Source of the DNA: Macrostomum lignano
Lineage: Eukaryota
Reading direction: 5' to 3'
Assembly: GCA_002269645.1 (NCBI GenBank)
Contig: NIVC01002839.1
Location: 62,001-126,000, forward strand
Length of the DNA stretch: 64,000 bases
Part shown: piece after piece, positions 37,152 to 50,705 of the stretch
Numbering within the stretch: position 1 is the stretch's first letter
How the letters are laid out: every line of letters starts with the position of its first letter
The notes under the pieces: generated by a model
Told to the model about the DNA's origin: nothing
The model's database searches: none
What the model saw: the letters and a program-made list of their open reading frames with translations, nothing else
Position numbers and translations under genes: made by a program

Positions 37152-40100
37152 ATGCACACTTTGAAATTATTGATTCGGCCATGTCTGCTTCTATCACTGC
37201 TGTTGCTGTTGTTGCTATGCACTTCAACATTGGCCGCATCTGGCAGCGAAGACTATTATACCTTGCTTGGCGTGTCTAGAACAGCCACCGCTGCACTGAT
37301 TAAAAAGGCCTTCAAAAAGCTCGTGATGGAGAAACACCCGGATAGGAATAAAGCAGACCCTGGAGCCAATGCTCTGTTCATGCGAATAAATCGAGCCTAT
37401 GAAGTTTTGAAAAGTCCCGAACTACGCGAACGCTACGATCGATTTGGCGAGGCCGGCATTAAAGCTCACGAAGAGGAGGGCCAGCAGTACGAACGGGCGC
37501 ACGGGGCTGAGAAAGCTGGCGGTCTGTTTGCCGACGATCCTCAGATTGTCAAACTAACCCCGGAAAGATACGAATCTGTTTCTAGGAATATCGGCGAAGG
37601 TGGAGACGGCCAGATTTGGTTTGTTAATTTCTACGCTTCGCAAGTGACTCGAAGCGAGAAATTTGCTCAAATGGTTAGTGGAGATATATCACAGATACTC
37701 GGGAAAATTCGCTTATCTTTATTTCCTTAATTCTTGCCTTGAGATACAAAATTTAATAAATTTTACAAGATTATGCAAAGTTTTTGAAGCTGCAACAAAG
37801 TTATCTGGCTTTCGACAAGCAGACCTGTGATTAAATTTGCATCTTCACCCCGTTCAAAGCTGCACTCAAATCCACAGTGCGTGTGCATAGCGAGCAGCAA
37901 AAAAAGTTACGCTCCAGCCCCCAGCCAGGCCGATAAAGAGTGGTTTTCCTCTTACCTCGTGTCTGACTAACTTTGACCTCTCTCCTTACTGCTCCCTCAT
38001 TGGCTGAGCTAGATTGGGCCTGCCCCCTAGGCTGAGTTTCGTCCGTCTGCCTTTAACCTCTCTCCTTACTGCTCGCTCATTGGCTGAGCTAGATTGAGTC
38101 TGCGCTCTGCCCCTAGGCTGATTTTTGTCCGTCTGACTTTGACCTCTCTCCTTACATTGGCTGAGCTGGATTGGGCCTGCCCCCTAGGCTGGGTTTCGTC
38201 CGTCTTGCGTTCACTTGTGTACATTGAATTAAATGCTTGCTGTTCATTCTTAACCCCATGTACCTCTGAGGCTGCAAACCGCAAGGCAAGAAGGGAAATT
38301 TTTGCTCCCACAATAAATTTAAATAATGCTGCGCAGACAAACTACTGAAAAAATAGTAGACTACATTTTCGCAACTACTGGCACAGCTGGCAGCGCCCAG
38401 ATTAATTCTGCTCATTCCACTGACTGTTGAGCGCACACAAGCGCTCCAATACTATACATAGGCACGCTCTCATACACACGCTCACACAGGGTGTAAAGCG
38501 GCCCTGACATGTACACTCTGGTCTTCATTGGTCCCTCAACTCTGTTGTATTGTTTTGTCCACTCTGAAGGCAGTGTATTGTAAGTTATATTAGTAAAAGA
38601 TGTCGACACAAAGCAGAAAAATTCCAATTGCCAGTGTTAAACGAATTGTTACTTAACTTTTTATAAACAATATTGTTTTATTATTTATCTTGTATCATTA
38701 TTATAATTATGCAGTGGCGCGAGGTTGGTCACGAATTGGAGGACGTTATCCGCGTGGCTGCAATCGACTGCCAAGAGGCCGGCTACCTGTGCGAGAATAT
38801 TCCCGAACTGCGAAACGCCGAGCCGCCCGTCTTCTTTTTCTATCCTGTAATTAGGCAATTAGTAATTGTTTAAATTGTGTGTCTGTATAGACAGACAGGC
38901 AGACAGACAGACAGACAAGTAGACAGACTCTAAGACAGACAGACAGAAGACAGACAAGTAGACAGACACTAAGACAGACAGACAGGCAGACAGGTAGACA
39001 GACACTAAGACAGACAGACAGGCAGACAGGTAGACAGACACTAAGACAGACAGACAGGTAGACAGACACTAAGACAGACAGACAGGCAGACAGGTAGACA
39101 GACACTAAGACAGACAGACAATTCGATAGACACTTTGACAGACAGACAGACAAATCCAGGACACTCAAGCAGACTACCTGACTGAGACAAATTTAGATAT
39201 TTCAATTAGCATAGCAACTCATCTTGCACAATCTGAATTGACCCGCAGGGCCACCGCATGTACACGGGCCCGCTAACAAAAGAGTCTTTATTGGACGCCG
39301 CTCTGCGCCGTATCGAACAAAGCCACGTCGAACTAACCGAATCGAATGTACTGAGCCGCCTGTCCGATCAATCGGCCCCGGCGCACTGGCTTGTGACTTT
39401 CTGCGGCGGTCGTGGCGCTGTGGACTGTTTCAGTCAGAGAACGCTGAAAAAGCTTGCCTTCGTGTTTCACGGCTACGTTGGCGTCGGCCGGGTCGACTGT
39501 GGTCAAGACGCCGCCCTGTGTAGTCGGTTGAACCCGGCGTCATCTGCCACTAGCGGCGCCGGAGCTGATGGCGCGCACGCGCCCTCTGCTCGCCTGTTTG
39601 TGAACGCCAACAGCGGCGGCGTAGATCTGGACGCTCTCGGAGCTGCCGGACTGCCTGTGACATCGCTGCACACTCAGGAGACCGTGCGCGGAGTGCTGAG
39701 GCTGCTGCCGCCGCTGCCCGCTGATGAAGGTCGGGTTGCTGACCGACTAGCTACTGCCGTGTTTGATGTGAGTTGTTTTTGACGGCGGGATTCTGAGGAA
39801 TAGTGGGATTTTTAATTGATAGGGAAATTCTGAGGGGATGGGGCGATTCTAAGGGGATGAGGAGATTCTGAGGGGATGGGGAGATTCTGAGGGGATTGGG
39901 AGATTCTGGGGATGGGAGATTCTGAGGGATTAGGAGATTCTGAGAGTATAAGGAGATTATGAGAGTATGGGGCGATTCTGAGGGTATTGGGAGATTCTGA
40001 GGGGATGGGGATTCTAAGTGGATGGGGTGATTCTGAGGGGATGGGGAGATTCTGAGGGGATGGGGAGATTCTGATGGGATTAGGGAGATTATGAGAGTAT

Positions 40101-43100
40101 GGGGAGATTCTGAGAGTATGGGGAGATTCTGAGGAGATTATTCGATGCTGAGGGATGGGGAGATTCTGAAGGGATGGGGAGATTCTGGAGGGATGGGAGA
40201 TTCTGAGAGTATGGGGAGATTCTGAGTATTGGGAGATTCTGAGGAATTGAGACGATGCTGAAGGTATTGGGAGATTATGAGGGGATGGGGAGATTTTTAT
40301 GGGATAGGGAGATTCTGGGGGATGGGGATTCTAAGTGGATGGGGAGATTCTGAGGGGATGGGGATTCTGAGGGTATGGGGCAGGATTCTGAACGGATAAG
40401 GAGTTGCTGAGGGAATGGGGTGATTTTGAAAGGATGGCTGGATTCTGCGTGAAAGAGACTCCATCTTTTTGAGAACAGGATATAAAGGGAATTCCGATGG
40501 GATTAGAAATTTTAATGCATGGGGATGTGCAGAAGCAGAGGATGTTTAAATCGTATTTTATTCCCGCCTTTGTCTCTAGGGCGGTTCTCTCCGCCAAGCT
40601 CACCTGCTACTACTCGACGAAGCTTCATCATCCACTTCGTCGAACGCCGACGCCCAGCTCAAACGCCTCGAGCCGTTGCTGAAGCCTCATAAAATTCGAG
40701 TTGCTCGTCTCGCCTGCGGTAACTCAGCTGATCAATCGACTCGCAATCTGTGTCAGCGACTGCCAATTCTTCGCAGTGCCAAGAAACAGCAGCACCAGCC
40801 TGCCGCGGTGCTGATCAAACGAACTGGCGATTTTGAAGTTTATTATGGTGAGTGAGACTGTTGATAGAGTTGCACAGATACAGATGAGAGTGATAGAGAT
40901 GCTGAGGTGCTGGCGCCCCTGGTGCTAAAGCCCCTGGTGCTGGCGCCCCTGGTGCTGGCGCCCCTGGTGCTAAAGCCCCTGGTGCTGGCGCCCCTGGTGC
41001 TAAAGCCCCTGGTGCTAAAGCCTTTGGTGCTGGCGCGCCAGCACAAGGGCACAAAACTTTTGGGCGCCATTGCCAGTCATTGGCCACGCCCTAGCTCAGC
41101 ATCTTGATCACCATATAGCTGTCACGCACCCGTTTCAGGCGAAGTTCACTACATGGACATCAAAGAGTTCGCATTGGCCGCCATCGCCAATCCAATGACC
41201 GGACTGACAGGCGAGACTTTTGCCAATCTGGTGGATTCCGCGCCTGACGGCACCTATTGGTTCTTGGACTTTTTTGCTCCGGTAAGTGCTTGCATTTTTA
41301 TAGGGCGAAGTGACGGTTGGTACGGATAAGAGAGGGAGGTATGGGCTAGGGCTCAGAGAGGGAGGTAAAGATGAGAGAGGTAGGATAGGGATGAGAGAGA
41401 CAGGTAGGGATGAGAGAGACAGGTAGGGATGAGAGAGACAGGTAGGGATGAGAGAGACAGGTAGGGATGAGAGAGACAGGTAGGGTTGAGAGAGACAGGT
41501 AGGGATGACAGAGGGGGCTGGGATGAGAGAGACCGGTGGTGATGAGAGAAACAGACAGACAGGGATGATAGAGGGGGCTGGGATGAGAGTGACAGGTGGT
41601 GATGAGAGTGACAGGTGGTGATGAGAAAGACAGGTAGGGATGAGAGAGACAGGTAGGGTTGAGAGAGACAGGTAGGGATGACAGAGGGGGCTGGGATGAG
41701 AGAGACCGGTGGTGATGAGAGAGACAGACAGACAGGGATGATAGAGGGGGCTGGGATGAGAGTGACAGGTGGTGATGAGAGTGACAGGTGGTGATGAGAA
41801 AGACAGGTAGGGATGAGAGAGACAGGTAGGGATGAAAGAGGGGGCTGGGATGAGAGTGACAGGTGGTGATGAGAGAGACAGACAGGTAGGGATGACAGAG
41901 GGGGCTGGGATGAGAGAGACAGGTGGTGATGAGAGAGACAGGTGGTGATGAGAAAGACAGACAGACAGGGATGATAGAGGGGGCTGGGATGAGAGTGACA
42001 GGTGGTGATGAGAGTGACAGGTGGTGATGAGAAAGACAGGTAGGGATGAGAGAGACAGGTAGGGTTGAGAGAGACAGGTAGGGATGAGAGAGACAGGTAG
42101 GGATGAAAGAGGGGGCTGGGATGAGAGTGACAGGTGGTGATGAGAGAGACAGACAGGTAGGGATGACAGAGGGGGCTGGGATGAGAGAGACAGGTGGTGA
42201 TGAGAGAGACAGGTAGGGATGAGACAGACAGGTAGGGTTGAGAGAGACAGGTAGGGATGAAAGAGGGGGCTGGGATGAGAGTGACAGGTGGTGATGAGAG
42301 AGACAGACAGGTAGGGATGACAGAGGGGGCTGGGATGAGAGAGACAGGTGGTGATGAGAGAGACAGGTGGTGATGAGAAAGACAGACAGACAGGGATGAT
42401 AGAGGGGGCTGGGATGAGAGTGACAGGTGGTGATGAGAGTGACAGGTGGTGATGAGAAAGACAGGTAGGGATGAGAGAGACAGGTAGGGTTGAGAGAGAC
42501 AGGTAGGGATGAGAGAGACAGGTAGGGATGAGAGAGACAGGTAGGGATGAGAGAGACAGGTAGGGATGAGAGAGACAGGTAGGGATGAGAGAGACAGGTA
42601 GGGTTGAGAGAGACAGGTAGGGATGAGAGAGACAGTTAGGGATGAAAGAGGGGGCTGGGATGAGAGTGACAGGTGGTGATGAGAGAGACAGACAGGTAGG
42701 GATGACAGAGGGGGCTGGGATGAGAGAGACAGGTGGTGATGAGAGAGACAGGTAGGGATGAGAGAGACAGGTAGGGTTGAGAGAGACAGGTAGGGATGAA
42801 AGAGGGGGCTGGGATGAGAGTGACAGGTGGTGATGAGAGAGACAGACAGGTAGGGATGACAGAGGGGGCTGGGATGAGAGAGACAGGTGGTGATGAGAGA
42901 GACAGGTGGTGATGAGAAAGACAGACAGACAGGGATGATAGAGGGGGCTGGGATGAGAGTGACAGGTGGTGATGAGAGTGACAGGTGGTGATGAGAAAGA
43001 CAGACAGACAGGGATGATAGAGACAGGTAGGGTTGAGAGAGACAGGTAGGGATGAGAGAGACAGGTAGGGATGAGAGAGACAGGTAGGGATGAGAGAGAC

Positions 43101-46100
43101 AGGTAGGGATGAGAGAGACAGGTAGGGATGAGAGAGACAGGTAGGGTTGAGAGAGACAGGTAGGGATGAGAGAGACAGGTAGGGATGAAAGAGGGGGCTG
43201 GGATGAGAGTGACAGGTGGTGATGAGAGAGACAGACAGGTAGGGATGACAGAGGGGGCTGGGATGAGAGAGACAGGTGGTGATGAGAGAGACAGGTAGGG
43301 ATGAGAGAGACAGGTAGGGTTGAGAGAGACAGGTAGGGATGAAAGAGGGGGCTGGGATGAGAGTGACAGGTGGTGATGAGAGAGACAGACAGGTAGGGAT
43401 GACAGAGGGGGCTGGGATGAGAGAGACAGGTGGTGATGAGAGAGACAGGTGGTGATGAGAAAGACAGACAGACAGGGATGATAGAGGGGGCTGGGATGAG
43501 AGTGACAGGTGGTGATGAGAGTGACAGGTGGTGATGAGAAAGACAGGTAGGGATGAGAGAGACAGGTAGGGTTGAGAGAGACAGGTAGGGATGAGAGAGA
43601 CAGGTAGGGATGAGAGAGACAGGTAGGGATGAGAGAGACAGGTAGGGATGAGAGAGACAGTTAGGGATGAGAGAGACAGGTAGGGATGAGAGAGACAGGT
43701 AGGGATGAGAGAGACAGGTAGGGATGAGAGAGACAGGTAGGGATGAAAGAGGGGGCTGGGATGAGAGTGACAGGTGGTGATGAGAGTGACAGGTGGTGAT
43801 GAGAGAGACAGGTGGTGATGAGAGAGACAGGTGGTGATGAGAGTGACAGGTGGTGATGAGAGAGACAGGTGGTGATGAGAGAGACAGGTGGTGATGAGAG
43901 AGACAGGTATACCTACGTAGAGATGAGAAGAATCAGTGCAGAAGGGGGAGATGGATGAGAAAGGAGATAGAAGAGATGTGTTACAGAAGGGGGGACAGGA
44001 GCAGCAGAATCAAGGAGAGAGACAGGTTATCAATAATATCAGTGGTATAGTGCTAGCAGTCCAGTCCCCATCAAGGCCACACCGTGCATCTCTACCTACC
44101 AAAACCCCCACCCCTCCACCCAGTGGTGCCCGCCCTGCATGAAGGCTCTGCCGCAGTTCCGCGAAGCGGCCCGCCTCTACGAATCCGAACTGGGCGTCGA
44201 CCTGCCAGCCGGGGTTCGTCTACGCTTCGGCGCAATCGACTGCACTATTGACAAAGCGTTGTGCAACAGGTTCTCAATCAATAGTTATCCCACACTGCTG
44301 CTGCTGTTGAAGGGCAATTCAAAGCGAGTGAAATTTCGCGGCTCAAAATTTGCTCACCAAATGCTGGCTTTTGCCGAAGCGTTTGTTAAACCGGCGGCAG
44401 TGTATTTCAATCCTGATAGCTTCGAGAACACGGTGGCTGTCAGCAAGCGGACTCACGTCTGGCTGGTGTACTTTCATTCCGTTAATTGCCAGCCGTGCGT
44501 TGAGTTTATGCCCGAGCTGAATGCCTTGGCTAAGGTTTGTGTGTACTGTGTAATAAATGTATGGGGAAAATTTCTTATCTAGGGTGTTTTGGATAAAATC
44601 GGAATGATTTCCCAATGGGATATTTTGGAATGGTATGGGATTATTTCCTAGTGGGATATTTTGGAATGGGATAGGATGATTTCCCAAATGGGATATTTTG
44701 GAATGGGATAGGATGATTTCCCAAATGGGATATTTTGGAATGAGATACGATGATTTCCCAATGGGATATTTTGGAATGGGATAGGATGATTTCCCAATGG
44801 GATATTTTGGAATGGTAAAGGATGATTTCCCAATGGGATATTTTGGAATGAGATAGGTTGATTTCCCAATGGGATATTTTGGAATGGGATAGGATGATTT
44901 CCCAATGGGATATTTTGGAATGAGATAGGATGATTTCCCAATGGGATATTTTGGAATGGTAAAGAATGATTTCCTAGTGGGATATTTTGGAATGGGCTAG
45001 GATGATTTCCTAGTGGGATATTTTGGAATGGGATAGGATGATTTCCTAGTGGGATATTTTGGAATGGGATAGGATGATTTCCTAGTGGGATATTTTGGAA
45101 TGGGATAGGATGATTTCCTAGTGGGATATTTTGGAATGGGATAGGATGATTTCCTAGTGGGATATTTTGGAATGGGATAGAATGATTTCCCGAATGGGAT
45201 ATTTTGGAATGGGATAGGATGATTTCCCAATGGGATATTTTGGAATGGGATAGGATGATTTTCCAATGGGATATTTTGGAACGGTATAGGATGATTTCCC
45301 AATGGGATATTTTGGAATGGTATAGGATGATTTCCTAGTGGGATATTATGGAATGGGATGATTTCCTAATGGAATATTTTAGAATGGTATAGAATGATTT
45401 CCCAATATAATATTTTGGAATGGGATAGGATGATTTTCCAATGGGATGTTTTGAAGTAGGATAGGATGATTTCCCAATGGGATGTTTTGGAGTGGGATAG
45501 GATGATTTCCTAGTGGGATAGAATGATTTCCCAATGGGGTATTTTTGAATGGGATATGATGATTTCCTAGTGGGATAGAATGATTTCCCAATAGGATATT
45601 TTGGAATGGGATAGATGGTTTCCCAATGAGGTATTTTTTAATCGGATGGATAATTTCCGAATGGAATATTTTGGACTGCGGATAGATGATTTCTTAAAGG
45701 GATATTTTTTAACCGGGATGATTTCCCAATGGGAAAATTAGTATAGTCTTAAAACTTCTAACATGCTTGGTAACTGCCGTCAGCTGTCTATGGAAAGTTA
45801 AAATCCTTTCCATTCGCTCCAACAGAACTTTCAAGGCCATCGGCATATTCGCATTGGCGCTGTGGATTGCGTCACTCATCCAAATCTGTGCAGCAGGAAC
45901 GGAATCCGGTCCTATCCAACCATCAGGGCCTACCCAGTGGATAAGACTGGACCAGACGATTATTTGTAAGCAGTTTAGTTTCTATCAATATTAACTTTTT
46001 TTGCATTTTCATCCTAGTAGTCTACTAATAGTAGAAATTTTATAAAATTACCAGTAAATATAATGATACGTTTAATACTGGATGCTTTATAACTTCACTA

Positions 46101-48518
46101 CTTACAGTAAACATAGAAATTTGCTTGCTTATTTCAGCGACTACAACAGTCCGTTCCGCAACAGCGATTCCATTGCTAGCTGGCTGGAAACCTTCTCGCC
46201 CCAGTCTATACTGATGTTTAATAGTCGATCATTGTTTCAATCGGAATTGGCCTCCGACGAGCCCTGGGTTGTGTACTTTTATGCCGACTGGTGCGGGCCC
46301 TGCCAGGCGTTTGCGCCGACGTTTAAAGTTGTTGCCAACGTGAGTTCAAAGCGATCAAACTGAGCTGAGAATCGCCCCTAAATTGACCTAAGAATCATTT
46401 CTAAGCTAACCTAAGAATCACTCCTAAACTAACCTGATATTCATTTCTAAACTGACTTAAAATAATTCCTAAACTAACTTAAGAAACAATCCTAAACTAA
46501 CCTAAGAATTGCTCTTAAACTGACCTAAGAATACTCCTAAAGTGATCTAAGAATCGCTCCCAAAGTGATCTAAGAATCGCTCCCAAAGTGATCCAAGAAT
46601 CGCTCCCAAAGTGATCTAAGAATCGCTCCCAAAGTGATCCAAGAATCGCTCCCAAAGTGATCTAAGAATCGCTCCCAAAGTGATCCAAGAATCGCTCCCA
46701 AAGTGATCTAAGAATCGCTCCCAAAGTGATCTAAGAATCGCTCCCAAAGTGATCCAAGAATCGCTCCCAAAGTGATCTAAGAATCGCTCCCAAAGTGATC
46801 TAAGAATCGCTCCCAAAGTGATCTAAGAATACTCCTAAAGTGATCTAAGAATCACTCCTATTAAACTAACCTAAAAATCACTCCTAAACTGACCTAAGAA
46901 TCGCTCTTAAACTGACCTAAGAATACTCCTAAAGTGATCTACGAGTAAGAATCGCTCCTATTAAACTAACCTAAAAATCACTCCTAAAATAACCTAAGAA
47001 TCGCTCTTAAACTGGCCTAAGAATCGCTCCTTAACTAACCTAAGAATCGCCGCTCCTAAGCTGACCTAAGAATCCTAAACTGGCATAGGAATCACTCCTA
47101 AACTGACCCAAGAATCACTCCTAAACTGACCCAAGAATCACTCCTAAACTAACCAAATCACTTCTTTCCTTGCAGAAGCTCGGCCGCTACGCCAATTTCG
47201 GCAAAGTCGACTGCGACCCCTATCAGGATCTGTGCGTGTCCAAGGGCATTCAGACTATGCCCTCTGTGGCTCTGTTCACTAATGGAAAGGTAAAAAGCCA
47301 CCATCTTCCCAGACTCAGCCACCGCCCTCCCAGACCCCGGACTCAGCCACCGCCCTCCCTGACGCTAGGCTCAGCCACCGCCCTCCCAGACCCCGGACTC
47401 AGCCACCGCCCTCCCAGACCCCAGGCTCAGCCACCGCCCTCCCAGACCCCAGGCTCAGCCACCGCCCTGCCAGACCGCAGGCTCAGCCACCGCCCTCCCA
47501 GACCCCAGGCTCAGCCACCGCCCTTTGCAACTTGAACAACAAAAGCTTGGACAAAAGGCGCTTGGGACCGGGGGCGCTGAGCACGCAGTTGTTATACTCA
47601 TGCCAGGCTCAGCCACCGCCCTCCCAGACCCCAGGCTCAGCCACCGCCCTCCCAGACCCCAGGCTCAGCCACCGCCCTCCCAGACTCAAGGCTCAGCCAC
47701 TACCCTCCCAAGCTCAGCCACCGCCCTCCCAGACCCCAAGCTCAGCCACCGCCCTCCCAGACCCAGGTGCAGCAGCCCCTCAGCTTACATTATCAGTAGT
47801 TGCGCCTCCAGCTGCTCAATATGCAGCCATCAGAGGCAAATTCGCACCCAGTTGAGCTCTGATATTGACAGCAGTTCTCACAGTGTCGCATCGGAGTTGG
47901 CAGTTTGGGTTGCAAGAGAGACACCGGCGCCTCTGCGCTTATCATGGGCCCGCAGTCCGGAACAATGGACCGGCCCGTTAGTCACGAGGCGGACAGCTTT
48001 AATGCTGATCCCAGATCCCCAGTTTATGAACTAAAATTCAATCATTGTCTCAGGTTGAGCCGCCATTGTCCGTAGCTGGGCCAGTCTCTCAGATCCTCAG
48101 TTGCTGGGCTAACCTATCAGATCCTCAGTTGCTGGGCCAGCCTCTCAGATCCACAGTTGCTAAGCCAGCCTTCCAGAGTGTCAGTTGCTGGGCCAGCCTC
48201 CCAGAGTGTCAGTTGCTGGGCCAGCCCTCCAAGTCCTTAGTTTCCCATGTGCAAGATGTTTGTATTTCATTATCCTTGCAGCTCCTTCAGCACCTCTCGG
48301 GCCAGTCAGTCTACAATCTAGAATCAAGCGTCAAAACACATTACTCTAAGAAACGCGATAAAGCTCGAGTATTCTACGGTTACCATAGCAACCAGTTCGA
48401 CGATGACGAGGGCGGCGGCGGAGGCGGTTGGCAGCGGGTTGTCATTAACGACGGCAGCGGCCAGTTCTTCACCATGGGCGACGGAATGCCGTTTCAGTTT
48501 GTCCACGATGAGTTCTAA
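37152..48518 (+). CDS. DNAJC10: ER J-protein with thioredoxin domains (ERdj5). Exons 37152-37673, 38715-38846, 39249-39767, 40580-40847, 41139-41281, 44124-44534, 45826-45965, 46138-46339, 47176-47289, 48282-48518; a further exon in 47766-48030 is unresolved
   Basis: Signal peptide; J domain DYYTLLGV...HPDRN; Trx motifs WCPPC, CQPC and WCGPC; C-terminal HDEF; all listed junctions are GT-AG and phase-compatible. Confidence 0.92.
37960..38260. repeat. Dispersed repeat with internal ~80-bp tandem units; second copy at 61865-62390
   Basis: Shared unit (GTCCGTCTGACTTTRACCTCTCTCCTTACTGCTC..ATTGGCTGAG) and shared tail CTTGTGTACAT.GA.TTAAATGCTTG.TGTT.ATTCTTAACCCCAT. Confidence 0.85.
38878..39170. 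repeat. Degenerate (GACA)n intronic microsatellite
   Basis: Direct read. Confidence 0.93.
39830..40400. repeat. About 21-bp intronic minisatellite GGGAGATTCTGAGGGGATGG
   Basis: Direct read, degenerate. Confidence 0.9.
40905..41035. repeat. 15-bp intronic minisatellite CCCTGGTGCTGGCGC
   Basis: Direct read; source of the GAPAP ORF. Confidence 0.92.
41390..43910. repeat. 2.5-kb intronic compound minisatellite based on 19-bp ACAGGTAGGGATGAGAGAG
   Basis: Period 19 at 41401/41420; mixed with GAGGGGGCTGGGAT and GGTGGTGAT variants in recurring blocks. Confidence 0.95.
44590..45740. repeat. About 36-bp intronic minisatellite GGGATATTTTGGAATGGGATAGGATGATTTCC
   Basis: Direct read. Confidence 0.93.
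46380..47150. repeat. 23-bp intronic minisatellite AAAGTGATCTAAGAATCGCTCCC
   Basis: Period 23 at 46562/46585; homogeneous centre, diverged flanks. Confidence 0.92.
47305..47765. repeat. 28-bp intronic minisatellite CAGGCTCAGCCACCGCCCTCCCAGACCC
   Basis: Two blocks, 47305-47525 and 47600-47765. Confidence 0.92.
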
Positions 48519-49311
48519 TAAGAAATTCTCAAATGTTATAATAGAAACATTCTCTTAGCCTACTTGAAGTAGTCTTCATTCTGTCAAAATTTTGAACTTT
48601 TTGATTCTTTTAGACGTCTATTAAACAACTACTGGTGTTTTTGTTGTCTGTAATTGTTTGTTCGCGATCAAAATATGTGTTTTTTATTTGCATTACTATT
48701 AGTTTAGTAGTGGTTGAGGTCCGTCTCTGCCTTTTTTTCTGTATTGTTAAACTAAGATTTTTCTAAAGTCTTCCCATAAGGTTGCAGGACCAGAATTGAG
48801 GCAATGAATGTTTCTTTTTTGTTTTTTAGTCCGTTTGTTTTTGTTGAAGCGCATTATTAAACCTCCCAAGGATTTGCATTCGTTTTCAGTTAAAATGTGT
48901 ACGATTTAAAGATTAGCTATTTGTTATGTTGTATGCACAAATATAATATATACTGGTAGTAGCTATTTAAAAATGTGCCAAAATTTGTCCTTTTTGTTTG
49001 ATTTTTTTCAAATTTGTATCATAACTTAACACTTCTGTGCGATTGATATGCGAAATGACTAGTAGGGTTTTAAGGGGGTCACAATGTAGAGTGGGTCAGT
49101 GTAACCACCGCTTGTATATGAAGCTAAGAGACCACCCTAAATATTGTTATAGAGGTCTATGACCCTTCTCAAGTTGTAGAATCAAAGTAGGTTAATAGCC
49201 ATCCTCAGGATGTATTATATAAAAGGTGGGCAATGACCCCTCTGAAGTTGTAGGATCTAATGGGTCAATAGCTACCCTCAAGATGTATTATTGAAGGGGG
49301 TCGCTGATAAC

Positions 49312-50015
49312 CCTGAGAGTCCAGAATCAAAGGGGTCACAATGACCACCCTGAGAGTCCAGAATCAAAGGGGTCACAATGACCACCCTGAGAGTCCAGAA
49401 TCAAAGGGGTCACAATGACCACCCTGAGAGTCCAGAATCAAAGGGGTCACAATGACCACCCTGAGAGTCCAGAATCAAAGGGGTCACAATGACCACCCTG
49501 AGAGTCCAGAATCAAAGGGGTCACAATGACCACCCTGAGAGTCCAGAATCAAAGGGGTCACAATGACCACCCTGAGAGTCCAGAATCAAAGGAGTCACAA
49601 TGACCACCCTGAGAGTCCAGAATCAAATGGGTCACAATGACCACCCCGAGAGTCCAGAATCAAAGGAGTCACAATGACCACCCTGAGAGTCCAGAATCAA
49701 AGGGGTCATAATGACCACCCTGAGAGTCCAGAATCAAATGGGTCACAATGACCACCCCGAGAGTCCAGAATCAAAGGAGTCACAATGACCACCCTGAGAG
49801 TCCAGAATCAAAGGGGTCATAATGACCACCCTGAGAGTCCAGAATCAAAGGGGTCATAATGACCACCCTGAGAGTCCAGAATCAAATGGGTCACAATGAC
49901 CACCCCGAGAGTCCAGAATCAAAGGGGTCATAATGACCACCCTGAGAGTCCAGAATCAAATGGGTCACAATGACCACCCTGAGAGTCCAGAATCAAAGGG
50001 GTCCAGTGACCACCC
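49312..50015. repeat. 37-bp minisatellite GAGAGTCCAGAATCAAAGGGGTCACAATGACCACCCT
   Basis: Period 37 at 49321/49358; about 19 units. Confidence 0.96.
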
Positions 50016-50705
50016 TCAAAAGTTAGAACTTTATTAATATCGTATTTGTGTGCTGCTTTTACCGTACCTTTCCTGTCTGTTATCTGAACGGTTTTAGGTA
50101 TTATTTTGCATTTCTATTTTTAGCTTAATTGGTGGCTCTCATTTTATCGTTGCCATGGCTTCTGTGCTTTGAATTTGATCCCTTCGCTTTAATTTCTGGG
50201 TTTTTCGTTGCTCCCAAAAATTCGGCCTTCTTGCCTTTTTGTTGTTGTTTTTTTCTGTTCCATCTTATGGAATCTCTTGCTGAGCCCCCAACTTATCTCT
50301 GCATTAAACTAATTTCATATAGATGTAGTCTGGAAGGTTATTTGTTTCTACGTTGAAAAGTAACAGGTTAGCCATTAATTCGTGCACAAAACACCGATGC
50401 GTGCACCTGTGCCTCTGTGTCATGCGAGTTGCTTTATCTATTATTTAAGCTTGCCTATAATATATTAAACTATTATATTTCTTAATCCTACAATAGTCTG
50501 TGTAACTTGTAAAATCAGAGTCAGAACCTTCTGCAAAGAATTTCAATTTCAATAGAAATAGCAAGAAAAAGATTAATGTGCTAAATAAAACAAGAAATAC
50601 TTGCTCTTATCTTCTTTAATGCGCCGTTTTGCAACAGTGAAATTTAAAAAATATTTGTTTCAGTCTTATTTGTTTGCTAATTTTAATTATCATAATCCTT
50701 GAGAC

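Noticed and set aside
44343-46816. [12 protein letters not shown] and [13 protein letters not shown] repeat ORFs
   Set aside because: Antisense translations of DNAJC10 intronic minisatellites.
49312-50015. CRISPR-like array of 37-bp partly palindromic repeats
   Set aside because: Units are head-to-tail with no unique spacers, no cas genes, eukaryotic context.
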